Shown here piece by piece: positions 36,760 to 45,544 of a DNA stretch of 64,000 nt. Within the stretch, counting starts at the first letter, position 1. Each line of letters begins with the position of its first letter. The position numbers and the translations under genes are program-made. The DNA comes from Thermoplasmata archaeon (GTDB lineage Archaea > Thermoplasmatota > Thermoplasmata > Lutacidiplasmatales > UBA184), in contig JAGWLG010000007.1 in assembly GCA_028864975.1 (NCBI GenBank), positions 60,842 through 124,841 on the forward strand, given 5' to 3'. The notes under the pieces were generated by a model that did no database searches, was not told the origin of the DNA, and worked only from the letters and a program-made list of their open reading frames with translations.

Positions 36760-37671
36760 ATGGCCGACCCGCGTGAAAAATTCCCCTGGATGGGGTTCAT
36801 CATCCTTGCGATCATCCTCGTTGCCGCGGCAGGGGGAGGGTACTACGCCCTCACCCAGACGGTCCTCAAGCCCAAGCCCGCTCCCAACCCGCTCATCGTC
36901 AAGGAGGGGGACAATGTGACGGTCAACTACGTCGGGATCTTCGGCAGCGGCATCGATCAAGGGAAGGTGTTCGACACCTCCCTCCTCTCGGTGGCGCGGG
37001 ACAATTCGACCTGGCCGAAGGCGCTCAGCTTCAGCTTCCGGGGGGCGAGCGGGTACACCCCCCTCAAGGCGCATGTCGGACCGCAATCCTTCGGTTCCTA
37101 CACGAGCCTCATCTCGGGGTTCTGGACCGCCATGGTGGGCTTGACCGGCAATCAGACCATCACCACCGTGATCCCTCCGAAGCAGGGCTATGGGCTGCCG
37201 GACCTCTCCAAGATCCAGAGCTTCCCGTTGACCCAGAGCGTGCCCATGCTCCACTTCTACACCCCGAGCGAGTTCTCCTCCACCTACTCAGGGGTCGCCG
37301 TCCAGCCGGGCGTCTTCACCGATCCCCATTGGGGATGGAACGACACCGTCCTCTCGGTCAACGCGACGACGGTGGTCGTCGAGTACACTCCGACGGTGGG
37401 GGAGCAGATCCACCCGCTCGGCTGGACCGACACGGTCACGGCGGTCTCGAACACGATCGGTCCCCTCGGTACGATCTCGTACGTCAACGACCTCACCCCG
37501 CAGGACGTTGGACAGGTCCAAGGGACCGACTGGCAGAGCTCGAACCAGCAGTACTACCTCACCGGCGTGAGCACGGACGCGGGGACGTATACCCTCGACT
37601 TCAACTCCGAGGTCACGGGACAGACGCTGATCTTCGAGATCACGGTGGTCGACATCCTGCCTCCGCACTGA
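36760..37671 (+). CDS. Membrane-anchored FKBP-type peptidyl-prolyl isomerase with large insertion
   Basis: N-terminal TM, GDNVTVNYVG..GKVFDTS, IPPKQGYG, terminal DFNSEVTGQTLIFEITVVDI. Confidence 0.8.
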   Translation: MADPREKFPWMGFIILAIILVAAAGGGYYALTQTVLKPKPAPNPLIVKEGDNVTVNYVGIFGSGIDQGKVFDTSLLSVARDNSTWPKALSFSFRGASGYTPLKAHVGPQSFGSYTSLISGFWTAMVGLTGNQTITTVIPPKQGYGLPDLSKIQSFPLTQSVPMLHFYTPSEFSSTYSGVAVQPGVFTDPHWGWNDTVLSVNATTVVVEYTPTVGEQIHPLGWTDTVTAVSNTIGPLGTISYVNDLTPQDVGQVQGTDWQSSNQQYYLTGVSTDAGTYTLDFNSEVTGQTLIFEITVVDILPPH

Positions 37672-37861
37672 GCGTTCAGGGCCGGAGCCCGACCGTAGTA
37701 CCCTCGCGTCGGCGGGGCCCCCGAGCGACAGAACGGGGGCGGTCGCCAGAACGCAGGTCCGCGCCTGAGCACGTCCCTCTCTCCGAGCGTGGCTTTCGGT
37801 CCCTTGGGAGCTGCGACCCGGAGCGGTCCAGGCTGAGGGCAGGGTTCTTCCCCCGGAGGGT

Positions 37862-38791
37862 TCAGAGGGCGATCTTACCGTTCTTGAAGAGGGTCTTCAA
37901 GTTGTCCTCGGCGGTGCGAGAGAGCATCTCTTCGTTCCGGGTCATCTGGCGGACCGAACGGTTGTGCTCGTCCAAGAGCTTGCGGGCTTCCGTCTTCCTC
38001 TCTCGAGATTGGTGGAGAAGTCCCATGACGTTCTTCTCCAGGTCTCGGATCTCCTGCGAGAGCTTGTCGACCTTGTCGATCAGCTCCCCCCGGGCCTTCC
38101 CCTTGCCCCGGATCTCGGCGACCAGGTGCCCCACCTCGGTCAACCGGGCTTTGACGAGCTTCATCGCCTCGTCCCTCCGGCGGAAGATCTTCTCGGCCTC
38201 GGTCCCGATCTCCTCGTCGCGCTTTCGCGAGAGCTCCAGTTCCTGACGAAGCCCGAGGAGGGTCTCGTCCTTGGCCTTCCACACGCTCTGGTTCTTCTCG
38301 GCCTCTCCGAGCTGGGAACGCAGCTCCCGCATCCGGTCGATGAGGGCGTTCTCCTCCTTGAGCGGCATCGCGGTGGTCTGTTGCTTCTTCTCCAGCGCCG
38401 CGATCTCCTGGATGAGGCGCTCCGGCCGAGGGCGGCTGCGCCGGTCGTGACCCTCGCCCTCCTCCCGGAGCTCGATGCGAAGGGCGTCGATACGGGCCCG
38501 GAGCTTCTCCCGTTCGGTGCGGAGCTCCTGGGCCTTCTTGCCGAGCTCCCGGAACTCCTGGTGGAGCTTCTCGACGTCCTGATAGATCGGCCCGCGGCGG
38601 TTCTGAAGGTCGAACGCCTCCTCGGCGAGCCGGCGGGCCAGCGCGAGCATCTCGGCCCGGCGCTCCTTCATCCCGCGGAGCTTCTGTTCACCCGAGCGGA
38701 TGCCCTGCCAGAGCTCCTTCTCCTTGCCCTCCTCCTCCTCGGAGAGAAGGCCCCCTCGGGGTGGCACGGGAGCACCAGCCCCTCGCCCCAT
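37862..38791 (-). CDS. Archaeal long coiled-coil protein (COG1340-like)
   Basis: Heptad-rich E/K/R/L sequence, IAALEKKQQTTAMPLKEENALIDRM, terminal KNGKIAL. TAATG overlap with larB. Confidence 0.75.
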   Translation of the reverse strand: MGRGAGAPVPPRGGLLSEEEEGKEKELWQGIRSGEQKLRGMKERRAEMLALARRLAEEAFDLQNRRGPIYQDVEKLHQEFRELGKKAQELRTEREKLRARIDALRIELREEGEGHDRRSRPRPERLIQEIAALEKKQQTTAMPLKEENALIDRMRELRSQLGEAEKNQSVWKAKDETLLGLRQELELSRKRDEEIGTEAEKIFRRRDEAMKLVKARLTEVGHLVAEIRGKGKARGELIDKVDKLSQEIRDLEKNVMGLLHQSRERKTEARKLLDEHNRSVRQMTRNEEMLSRTAEDNLKTLFKNGKIAL

Positions 38792-39618
38792 TATGACGGT
38801 TGCCCAGTCCCGTGACCTTTTCGACGGGTGACGCGTCGTGTGCGCTTACCGGACGGCGGTTCCGTAGAGAGTCGCAGGATCTGGGCTGCGAGCAGCGCGG
38901 CGGGCACCCCCGCATCGATGTTCACGACCGCCATGGGGGCACACGACTGCAACATCGCCGTCAGGGCGCCTTCTCCCCGCCCACCGCGCCCATACCCCTG
39001 AGAGGTGGGCACGGCGATGACGGGCCGGTCGACGAGGCCGGCCACGACCGTGGCGAGCGCGCCCTCCCGCCCGGCGCAGACCACGTAGACCCCCGGGCGA
39101 CGCCGACGAAGGCTCGGAAGGGCTCGCGAGAGACGATGGAGCCCGGCGACGCCGACGTCGAAGGCGCAGGCCACGGTGCCGCCCAAGGCCTCTAGCACCC
39201 AGCGCACCTCTTCGGCGACCCTCGCATCCGCGGTACCGGCGGTCAGGAGCGCCGCGCGCCGCCCCGAGAGCGGCCGCTCGACCTCACGGGGGTGGAGCGT
39301 CGCGGCGGCCGCCTGGGGACGAAGGTCGAGGTCCCACCCTTCCTGGCGCCGTCGGGAGAGGACCCGCATCTGACCGGGGGTCAGCCTGGAGAGCAGGACC
39401 CCGGCCCGGGTCCGGTGTAGCTCGCGAAGGAGCTCCTCGAAGTGCGGCAACGCCTTTCCTTCTCCGAGCAGGACCTCGGGCAGCCCGGTCCTGGAAGTGC
39501 GTTGCACGTCGAACCGCGCGTGGGGGCCGCCGGGAAGGTGCCCTGCTCGGAGGAGCCTGGCCGCTTCCGCCAGGGAGAGCTCCCCCCGCTCGAACGCCCT
39601 CAGCAGCTGTTCCACCAC
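38791..39618 (-). CDS. larB: LarB / AIR carboxylase (PurE-like) family protein
   Basis: RTGLPEVLLGEGK, TAGTAD..VAEE, DVGVAGLHRL, AGREGAL, VPTSQGYG, VVNIDAG. Confidence 0.88.
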   Translation of the reverse strand: MVEQLLRAFERGELSLAEAARLLRAGHLPGGPHARFDVQRTSRTGLPEVLLGEGKALPHFEELLRELHRTRAGVLLSRLTPGQMRVLSRRRQEGWDLDLRPQAAAATLHPREVERPLSGRRAALLTAGTADARVAEEVRWVLEALGGTVACAFDVGVAGLHRLSRALPSLRRRRPGVYVVCAGREGALATVVAGLVDRPVIAVPTSQGYGRGGRGEGALTAMLQSCAPMAVVNIDAGVPAALLAAQILRLSTEPPSGKRTRRVTRRKGHGTGQPS

Positions 39619-39727
39619 GCCTTGCCTCGGGGTGGGCCCTCGCGTCGAAAGGCCGCCGCCCGCCCTCGGGGGAGAAGGAATCGCGAGCGTTCAAATAGAC
39701 CTCCATGCTCGGCCGACCGTTCATAGC

Positions 39728-40879
39728 ATGCCCATCGGATTCGAGCTCACGGCCGAGCAGAAGGAGCTGCAAGCTCTTGCCGCCAAGTTCGCCAAGGAGG
39801 AGATGGCCCCCCGCGCCGCCGAGTGCGACAAGAAGGGGCTCTTCCCCGAGGACATCTACCGCCGGGCCTGGGAACTGGGGCTGATGAACCTCAACGTCGC
39901 AACGGAGTACGGGGGCAGCGGGCTTGCCCTGCTCGACCAGTGCATCATCGCGGAGGAGCTCGCGGCCGCCTGCGGGGGCATGACCACCTCGATCCTCGCC
40001 AACTGCCTCGCGCTCCAGCCGATCAACCTCGCCGGGACCCCGGAACAGAAGGAACGGATCCTCAAGCCCTTCTGCGCCGACTACCACCTGGCCTCCTTCG
40101 GTCTCACCGAGCCATCGGGAGGGAGCGACGCGGCGGCGCTCAAGACTCGGGCCGAGAAGAAGGGCGACCACTACGTCCTCAACGGGCAGAAGTGCTTCAT
40201 CACGAACGCCCCCCAGGCTTCGCTCTTCACCGTGTTCGCGACCCTGGACCCGGAGAAGCGGGACAAGGGGATCACGGCGTTCATCGTCCCGCGCGACTCT
40301 CCAGGTCTCTCCATCGGGAAGGAGGAGGACAAGATGGGCCAGCGGGCCTCCTCCACCGCGACGGTCATCTTCGAGGACGTGAAGGTCCCCGAGCAGAACC
40401 TCCTCGGCAAGGAGGGGGAAGGCTTCCGCGTAGGCATGATGACCCTGGATTCCACGCGAACCCCCATCGGGGCCCTGGCCTGTGGGATCGCGCGGGCCGC
40501 CCTCGACCATGCGGCCAAATATTCCTTGGAGCGCACCTCCTTCGGGAAGCCGATCGCCCAGCACCAGGCGATCGCGGCGAAGCTCGCGAACATGGCCATC
40601 GAGCTCGAAGCCTCCCGGCTGCTCACCTGGCGCTCCGCGTGGTTGGTCGACCATGGCCATCGCGCTTCCCTCGAGAGCTCGATCGCGAAGTGCTTCTCTT
40701 CGGACGCCGCGATGCGGATCTGCGACGAGGCGATCCAGGTCTTCGGCGGGTACGGCTACATGAAGGACTATCCCGTCGAGAAGTACCTGCGCGACGCGAA
40801 GCTCTGCCAGATCTACGAAGGCGCGAACGAGATCCAGCGCCAGGTCATCGCCCGAGAGTTCCTGCGACGGTTCGCCTGA
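39728..40879 (+). CDS. Acyl-CoA dehydrogenase
   Basis: GLTEPSGGSDA, LNGQKCFITNA, KMGQRAS, QVFGGYGY, IYEGANEIQ. Confidence 0.95.
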   Translation: MPIGFELTAEQKELQALAAKFAKEEMAPRAAECDKKGLFPEDIYRRAWELGLMNLNVATEYGGSGLALLDQCIIAEELAAACGGMTTSILANCLALQPINLAGTPEQKERILKPFCADYHLASFGLTEPSGGSDAAALKTRAEKKGDHYVLNGQKCFITNAPQASLFTVFATLDPEKRDKGITAFIVPRDSPGLSIGKEEDKMGQRASSTATVIFEDVKVPEQNLLGKEGEGFRVGMMTLDSTRTPIGALACGIARAALDHAAKYSLERTSFGKPIAQHQAIAAKLANMAIELEASRLLTWRSAWLVDHGHRASLESSIAKCFSSDAAMRICDEAIQVFGGYGYMKDYPVEKYLRDAKLCQIYEGANEIQRQVIAREFLRRFA

Positions 40880-40890
40880 AGGAGGTGGAG

Positions 40891-41691
40891 ATGGACGTCA
40901 TCGTCTGCGTCAAGCACGTCCCCGATGCGGAGACCCGGCTCCGGGCCGCCTCGAACGGCAAATGGATCGACCCGGACGGGGTCAAGTTCACCGTCAACAA
41001 CACCTACGACGAGGCCGCTGCCGAAGAGGCGCTGCGGCTGAAGGAGAAGTGCGGAGCCAAGTCGGTGCGGGTGGTCACGGTAGGCCCCCCGCGCGCGGAG
41101 GAGGCGCTCCGGTACGTTCTCTCCATGGGCGCCGACGAGGCGACGCACATCGAAACGCCGGCGGACGCGCTGCTCGACCCCCTCACGGTGGCCCGCCTCC
41201 TCGCGGGGGTCATCAAGACCCTGCCGCACGACATCGTCATGGTGGGGAAACAGGCCGCGGACGACGAGGCCGGGGTGGTCGGAAGCGCGCTGGGCGCCCT
41301 CCTCGGCCTGCCCAGCTACGCCTTCGTGACCGAGCTCGCCCCAGATGCAGCGACGAAGACGCTCAAGATGCATCGGTACGTCGAAGGAGGAGAGGAGCAC
41401 TTCCAAGGGCCCTTCCCCGCGGTGATCTCGCTGCTCAAGGGCGCTGCCGACCCTCGGACCCCTACGCTTCCCAACATCCTGAAGGCCCGGAAGAAGCCGC
41501 TCACGAAGGTGAGCCTCGCGGATGCCCAGACCAGGGCCCAGGCCCTGCCGGGGGCCCCGGCGTCCGGTGCCGTGCGCTCCTTCGCGCTTCCCCCGCCGAA
41601 GACCGGCGCGAAGATGATCGAGTACCAGACCCCCGACGAGGCGGCCGAGAAGCTGGTGAAGCTTCTACGTGAGGAGGCGAAGGTCCTCTGA
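40891..41691 (+). CDS. etfB: Electron transfer flavoprotein beta subunit
   Basis: VCVKHVPD, DEAAAEEALRLKE, GKQAADDEAG, PRTPTLPNILKARKKP. GGAGG upstream. Confidence 0.95.
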   Translation: MDVIVCVKHVPDAETRLRAASNGKWIDPDGVKFTVNNTYDEAAAEEALRLKEKCGAKSVRVVTVGPPRAEEALRYVLSMGADEATHIETPADALLDPLTVARLLAGVIKTLPHDIVMVGKQAADDEAGVVGSALGALLGLPSYAFVTELAPDAATKTLKMHRYVEGGEEHFQGPFPAVISLLKGAADPRTPTLPNILKARKKPLTKVSLADAQTRAQALPGAPASGAVRSFALPPPKTGAKMIEYQTPDEAAEKLVKLLREEAKVL

Positions 41692-42689
41692 CGCTCAATG
41701 TCCTCGTCCTCACCGACCAGCGCGACGGCGCGCTGAAGGTCTCCTCCTCCGAGGCCCTCTCGGAAGCGAGGCGCCTCGTGTCGAAGGCGGGAGGGGGCGA
41801 GGTCGTCGCGGGATTGGTGGGCGCCGGTTTGGGCGCCGTGGTCGAGGCCGTGAAGGCCTACGGTCCGGACCGGATCCTTCTGGCCGACGACCCTCGGCTC
41901 CGGGGATTCTCCGCGCAGGCCTACTCCAAGGTCGCCGCCAAGATGCTCGAGGGGCTCGCCGATCCCAAGGCGGTCCTCGCCCCTGCGACCGCCATGGGGC
42001 GAGAGCTGCTTCCGCGACTGGCGGCCGAGGTCGGTGGGACCGTGGCTCCCGACGCGACCGAGCTCTCGCCACGTGAGGGCGGGGGCCTGGTCGTTTCGCG
42101 CCCGATCTTCGGGGGCCGGGCGTCGGTCCAGGTCGACCTACCCGCGCTGCCTTGCGTCTCGCTCCGTCCGAACGCCTTCGCGGCCGAGCCTCGGCCCGGC
42201 TCCTCGCCGAAGGTCGAGAACGTTGCGATCCCGGAGCTCCCAGCACCGGCGCTCGCCCTCAAGGTCGAGAAGACGGTCGTGAGCCGGGGAGACACTCCCG
42301 AGCTGACCGAAGCTCCCATCATCATCTCGGGGGGTCGCGGCCTCAAGGGACCGGAGAACTTCGTCCTGATCGAGAACCTCGCGAAGGTGCTAGGCGCCGG
42401 AGTGGGGGCTTCCCGCGCGGTCGTCGACGCAGGGTGGCGACCGGCTTCCGAGCAGGTCGGTCAGACCGGAAAGGTCGTCTCCCCGAACCTCTACGTCGCC
42501 TGCGGGATCTCGGGCGCGATCCAGCATCTGGTCGGAATGTCGAGCTCGCGATGCATCGTCGCGATCAACAAGGACCCCGCGGCCCCGATCTTCAAGATCG
42601 CCAACTACGGGGTCGTAGGGGATGCGCTCACCATCCTCCCCGCGTTGACCTCGACCATCGCCAAGTCTCGCGGCGTCCCGGTGCCTTAG
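41688..42689 (+). CDS. etfA: Electron transfer flavoprotein alpha subunit, probable CUG start
   Basis: ISGGRG, GASRAVVDAGW, QVGQTGK, GISGAIQH, INKD motifs. The conserved N-terminus (NVLVLTDQRDG) lies upstream of the first GTG (41778). There is an in-frame stop at 41670 and a CTG at 41688 overlapping the etfB TGA. Confidence 0.92.
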   Translation: MTLNVLVLTDQRDGALKVSSSEALSEARRLVSKAGGGEVVAGLVGAGLGAVVEAVKAYGPDRILLADDPRLRGFSAQAYSKVAAKMLEGLADPKAVLAPATAMGRELLPRLAAEVGGTVAPDATELSPREGGGLVVSRPIFGGRASVQVDLPALPCVSLRPNAFAAEPRPGSSPKVENVAIPELPAPALALKVEKTVVSRGDTPELTEAPIIISGGRGLKGPENFVLIENLAKVLGAGVGASRAVVDAGWRPASEQVGQTGKVVSPNLYVACGISGAIQHLVGMSSSRCIVAINKDPAAPIFKIANYGVVGDALTILPALTSTIAKSRGVPVP

Positions 42690-42760
42690 GACCGTTGGCA
42701 GCGCGGCCCAAGGGGGCCGGTCCGGCGACCGAGGCTCCCCATCGGCCGGGTCCGTCCTCA

Positions 42761-42786
42761 AGCCCCCGTACCAGCCCCCGTACCAG
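42761..42786. repeat. 12-bp tandem duplication
   Basis: AGCCCCCGTACC-AGCCCCCGTACC-AG in the intergenic region before 42822. Confidence 0.8.
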
Positions 42787-42821
42787 AGGCTCTATGCCCC
42801 CGGATAGACTAAGGAGAATAC

Positions 42822-44369
42822 GTGGCGCCCGCGGCGGTCGTAGCGCCTCCCCCCGCGACAGCCGAAGGGGAGTACACCCTGGCCCGGCCCGCGGACGCTC
42901 TCGAGACCGCGCTCCTGCTGAGCCACCGGATCGGGCGAGAGGACATCCGGGAGGCCCTGATCGCGCAGATCGGCATGGGGTGGACCCTGCTGGGTGACGG
43001 CGACAAGGGACTTCCGCTCGCCGACCGCATCCCTCCTGGGCAGGACCCCTTCGGGAATTCGGCCTGGGGGGCCCTCCACCGGCTCTGCGCCGCGCAGGTC
43101 CACGCCGCGGTCGGCGCGGTGGACACAGCCCTGAAGGAGATGGAGACGGGGCTCCAGCGCCTCGCGCAGGTCGCTCCGAACGAACGCGTCCACGTGATCC
43201 TCGAGGCCGCGGCGGCGATCCAGGCGGCCCACGAAGCGACGGGCGACCCCCGTTTCGCGGCCTTCCCACCGAAGATCCGCGAGATGTTCCAAGGGGAGAA
43301 CGAGCGGGCTGCCGCCGATCGCGCGGCCGTGCGTGTCGACCTGTCGGTCTTCCGCCCCGAGCGTGCCCGCGCGGTCGTGGAGCTGGCCTTGGAGCCCTTG
43401 CGAGCGGGTACGGCACCCCTCCAGGGGGACGTCCCGGCCTACACGTTGGAGACCCTCGCGGAATACGCTGAGGAGACTGGGGACCGCTCCTTCCTGCAGA
43501 GCGGCATGGAGCTGCTGGCGAAGATCGGCACGCCCCACCAGAAGCTCCGAGCCCAGGCTTCCCTCGGCAAGGCCTACCGCGAGGTCGGCGACCTGCTTGC
43601 CGGCGAGCGACTGTTGCGAGAGGCCCAGGGCGACCTCCCCTCGCTGGAACCCAAGGAGCGGGTCTTGGGGGCGATCCATGTCGCGCGGGTCAGCGCGCGC
43701 GACGGCCATCTTGCCGGGGCCGATGCGCTCCTTCAGTGGGCCCGCTGGCAACTGACCCAGATCACCCCCCAGGAGGAACAAGTGGTCTATCGCCGCCGCC
43801 TGGCCAGCGGGTTCGCCCACGTGGGGGCGCATCTGGGCGATGCGGCCCGTCTGGAGGCGGGGCTCACGCTCATCCGCAACCTCCCGGGAGGGTTCGAGCA
43901 CGACCTGGCCTACGCCTCGCTCGGACGCTACCTGGTATCGTACGCGACGGTCCTCGAGCGGCTGAGGCAGCGGCTGGATCGTCTCGAGGCCAGGGTGGGG
44001 ACCGCTCCGCCTTGGGGGTTCAAGGGTCTCGTCGCGGAGACCCGGGAGGCGCTCAATGCGGGCGCCATCGCTCCGGCCCGTCAGGCGTACGGTCGAGCAC
44101 GGCGAGCGGTCTTCCACCACATCCAGGAGGTGCCGGATATGGAGGAGCTCTGGAAGATGATGAAACAACTTCACGAGACCTTCGGTCGATGGGACCCAGG
44201 ATGGGGGAACAAGACCGATTTCGTCCGTCTGCTCGACGAGGCCCAGGCCGCGCTCAAAGTCAGGGACTGGAGGACGCTGCGCGACCGCCTCACCCGCGCG
44301 CAACTTCTCCTCGCTCAACGGGCCGGCGCACAGCCCGCCGCCACGACGAAGTCGTCCCCGGGTCCGTAG
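42822..44369 (+). CDS. Hypothetical all-alpha (TPR-like solenoid) protein
   Basis: Ala/Leu-rich helical repeats. GTG start preceded by AAGGAG. Confidence 0.75.
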   Translation: MAPAAVVAPPPATAEGEYTLARPADALETALLLSHRIGREDIREALIAQIGMGWTLLGDGDKGLPLADRIPPGQDPFGNSAWGALHRLCAAQVHAAVGAVDTALKEMETGLQRLAQVAPNERVHVILEAAAAIQAAHEATGDPRFAAFPPKIREMFQGENERAAADRAAVRVDLSVFRPERARAVVELALEPLRAGTAPLQGDVPAYTLETLAEYAEETGDRSFLQSGMELLAKIGTPHQKLRAQASLGKAYREVGDLLAGERLLREAQGDLPSLEPKERVLGAIHVARVSARDGHLAGADALLQWARWQLTQITPQEEQVVYRRRLASGFAHVGAHLGDAARLEAGLTLIRNLPGGFEHDLAYASLGRYLVSYATVLERLRQRLDRLEARVGTAPPWGFKGLVAETREALNAGAIAPARQAYGRARRAVFHHIQEVPDMEELWKMMKQLHETFGRWDPGWGNKTDFVRLLDEAQAALKVRDWRTLRDRLTRAQLLLAQRAGAQPAATTKSSPGP

Positions 44370-44405
44370 GGTGAACTTCTCAGCCCCTGGACCCCGCGGG
44401 GTGTT

Positions 44406-45479
44406 CTAGCCGCCGAACCACTCGGGGGGCACCGGGGTCTTGGCGATGCCGGAGGGCCCCGCCGGGCCCATGAGCCATCGTGAAGCCGAGTGGCGGACCT
44501 GTCGATAGCCGACCATGAGGAGGATGCTCGCCCCGAGCGCGACGACCCCCGCGATGGCCACTGTGCCGAGGACGACGAAGTACCAGAGATCGCTCTGGGT
44601 GGACTGGATGCTCGCAGCGCTGGCGAAGAGGGTGATGAGGTAGAGGAAGACCGGATCGAGCGGGACCGCGAAGGCCCCGAGGACCCACATGAGACGGTCC
44701 CGCTGCCACGAGGAGGGACCGGGCTCCTCGGTGAGCTGCTCGGCCGCCGCGGAGACGCTCTTCGCAAAGAAATAATGGTGGAATCCGCGGCACAGAAGGA
44801 AGACCAAGATCGAGAGGATGATGGCCCCGTAGAAGGCGTAGACCCATGCTGGGGTCGTGCAGGTGGTCACATACCCGCTCCCTGGCACATAGTTCGAGGT
44901 GCAGGTCCGCGCTCCCCCCCCTACGGCGAGCCCGATCAGGGCGCCCAGGACGATCTCCGGCCCGATGGCCCAGGAGAGCCAAAGGAAGGTCCGCGACCGG
45001 TTCCACGCAGCCTTCGCGACCCTGACCCCTGGTAGCCAGGCGAGCGGCAGTCGGTAGGGGTCCAGCACAATCTCTCGGTATTCTTGCCCCCACCGATCGG
45101 AGGAGGCCCAGCCGAAGAAGATCGAGGCGGCGGCCGGGAGCAGGATCGCCGCAAAGATCAGCCAGATCCCGCTCGCCACGGCGCTCGCGGGGCTCGTCGA
45201 TTCCGATCCCACCGCGACCGCTCCCGCTGCAAGGAGGGCGAGGAAGAGGGCCCAAGTGATCGCCCAGACCAGGGCCGAGTTCTGGCGGAGCTTGGCGACC
45301 TCCACGATCGCCAGAACCGTCTTGCGACGAACGGCCTCGGAGATCGGCTGCGCCGACCCTGGGGGTGGAGGGGGCGGAGGAGGAGCGGGGCTTCCGGGGG
45401 GCTCGGAGACAGGAGGCAAGGTCGCCCCACCTTCCCGTAGCTCGTCAAGCCCGCGATGGAAGCGCGACCCCTCCGACAC
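44406..45479 (-). CDS. Multi-pass membrane protein with Pro-rich N-terminus
   Basis: PPPPPPPP run, about 6 hydrophobic helices, external loop TCTSNY..TTCTT. Confidence 0.78.
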   Translation of the reverse strand: MSEGSRFHRGLDELREGGATLPPVSEPPGSPAPPPPPPPPGSAQPISEAVRRKTVLAIVEVAKLRQNSALVWAITWALFLALLAAGAVAVGSESTSPASAVASGIWLIFAAILLPAAASIFFGWASSDRWGQEYREIVLDPYRLPLAWLPGVRVAKAAWNRSRTFLWLSWAIGPEIVLGALIGLAVGGGARTCTSNYVPGSGYVTTCTTPAWVYAFYGAIILSILVFLLCRGFHHYFFAKSVSAAAEQLTEEPGPSSWQRDRLMWVLGAFAVPLDPVFLYLITLFASAASIQSTQSDLWYFVVLGTVAIAGVVALGASILLMVGYRQVRHSASRWLMGPAGPSGIAKTPVPPEWFGG

Positions 45480-45544
45480 GACGACGCACCAGGGTAGGAG
45501 CAGGCGGGTCCTGGGATATGGTGCTGCCGCCTTACCGCGAAGGC

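Noticed and set aside
37672-37861. 190-nt GC-rich intergenic region as RNase P or SRP RNA
   Set aside because: It lacks the GAGGAAAGUCC and SRP helix 8 signatures on either strand. Only a short CAGAACG repeat is seen.
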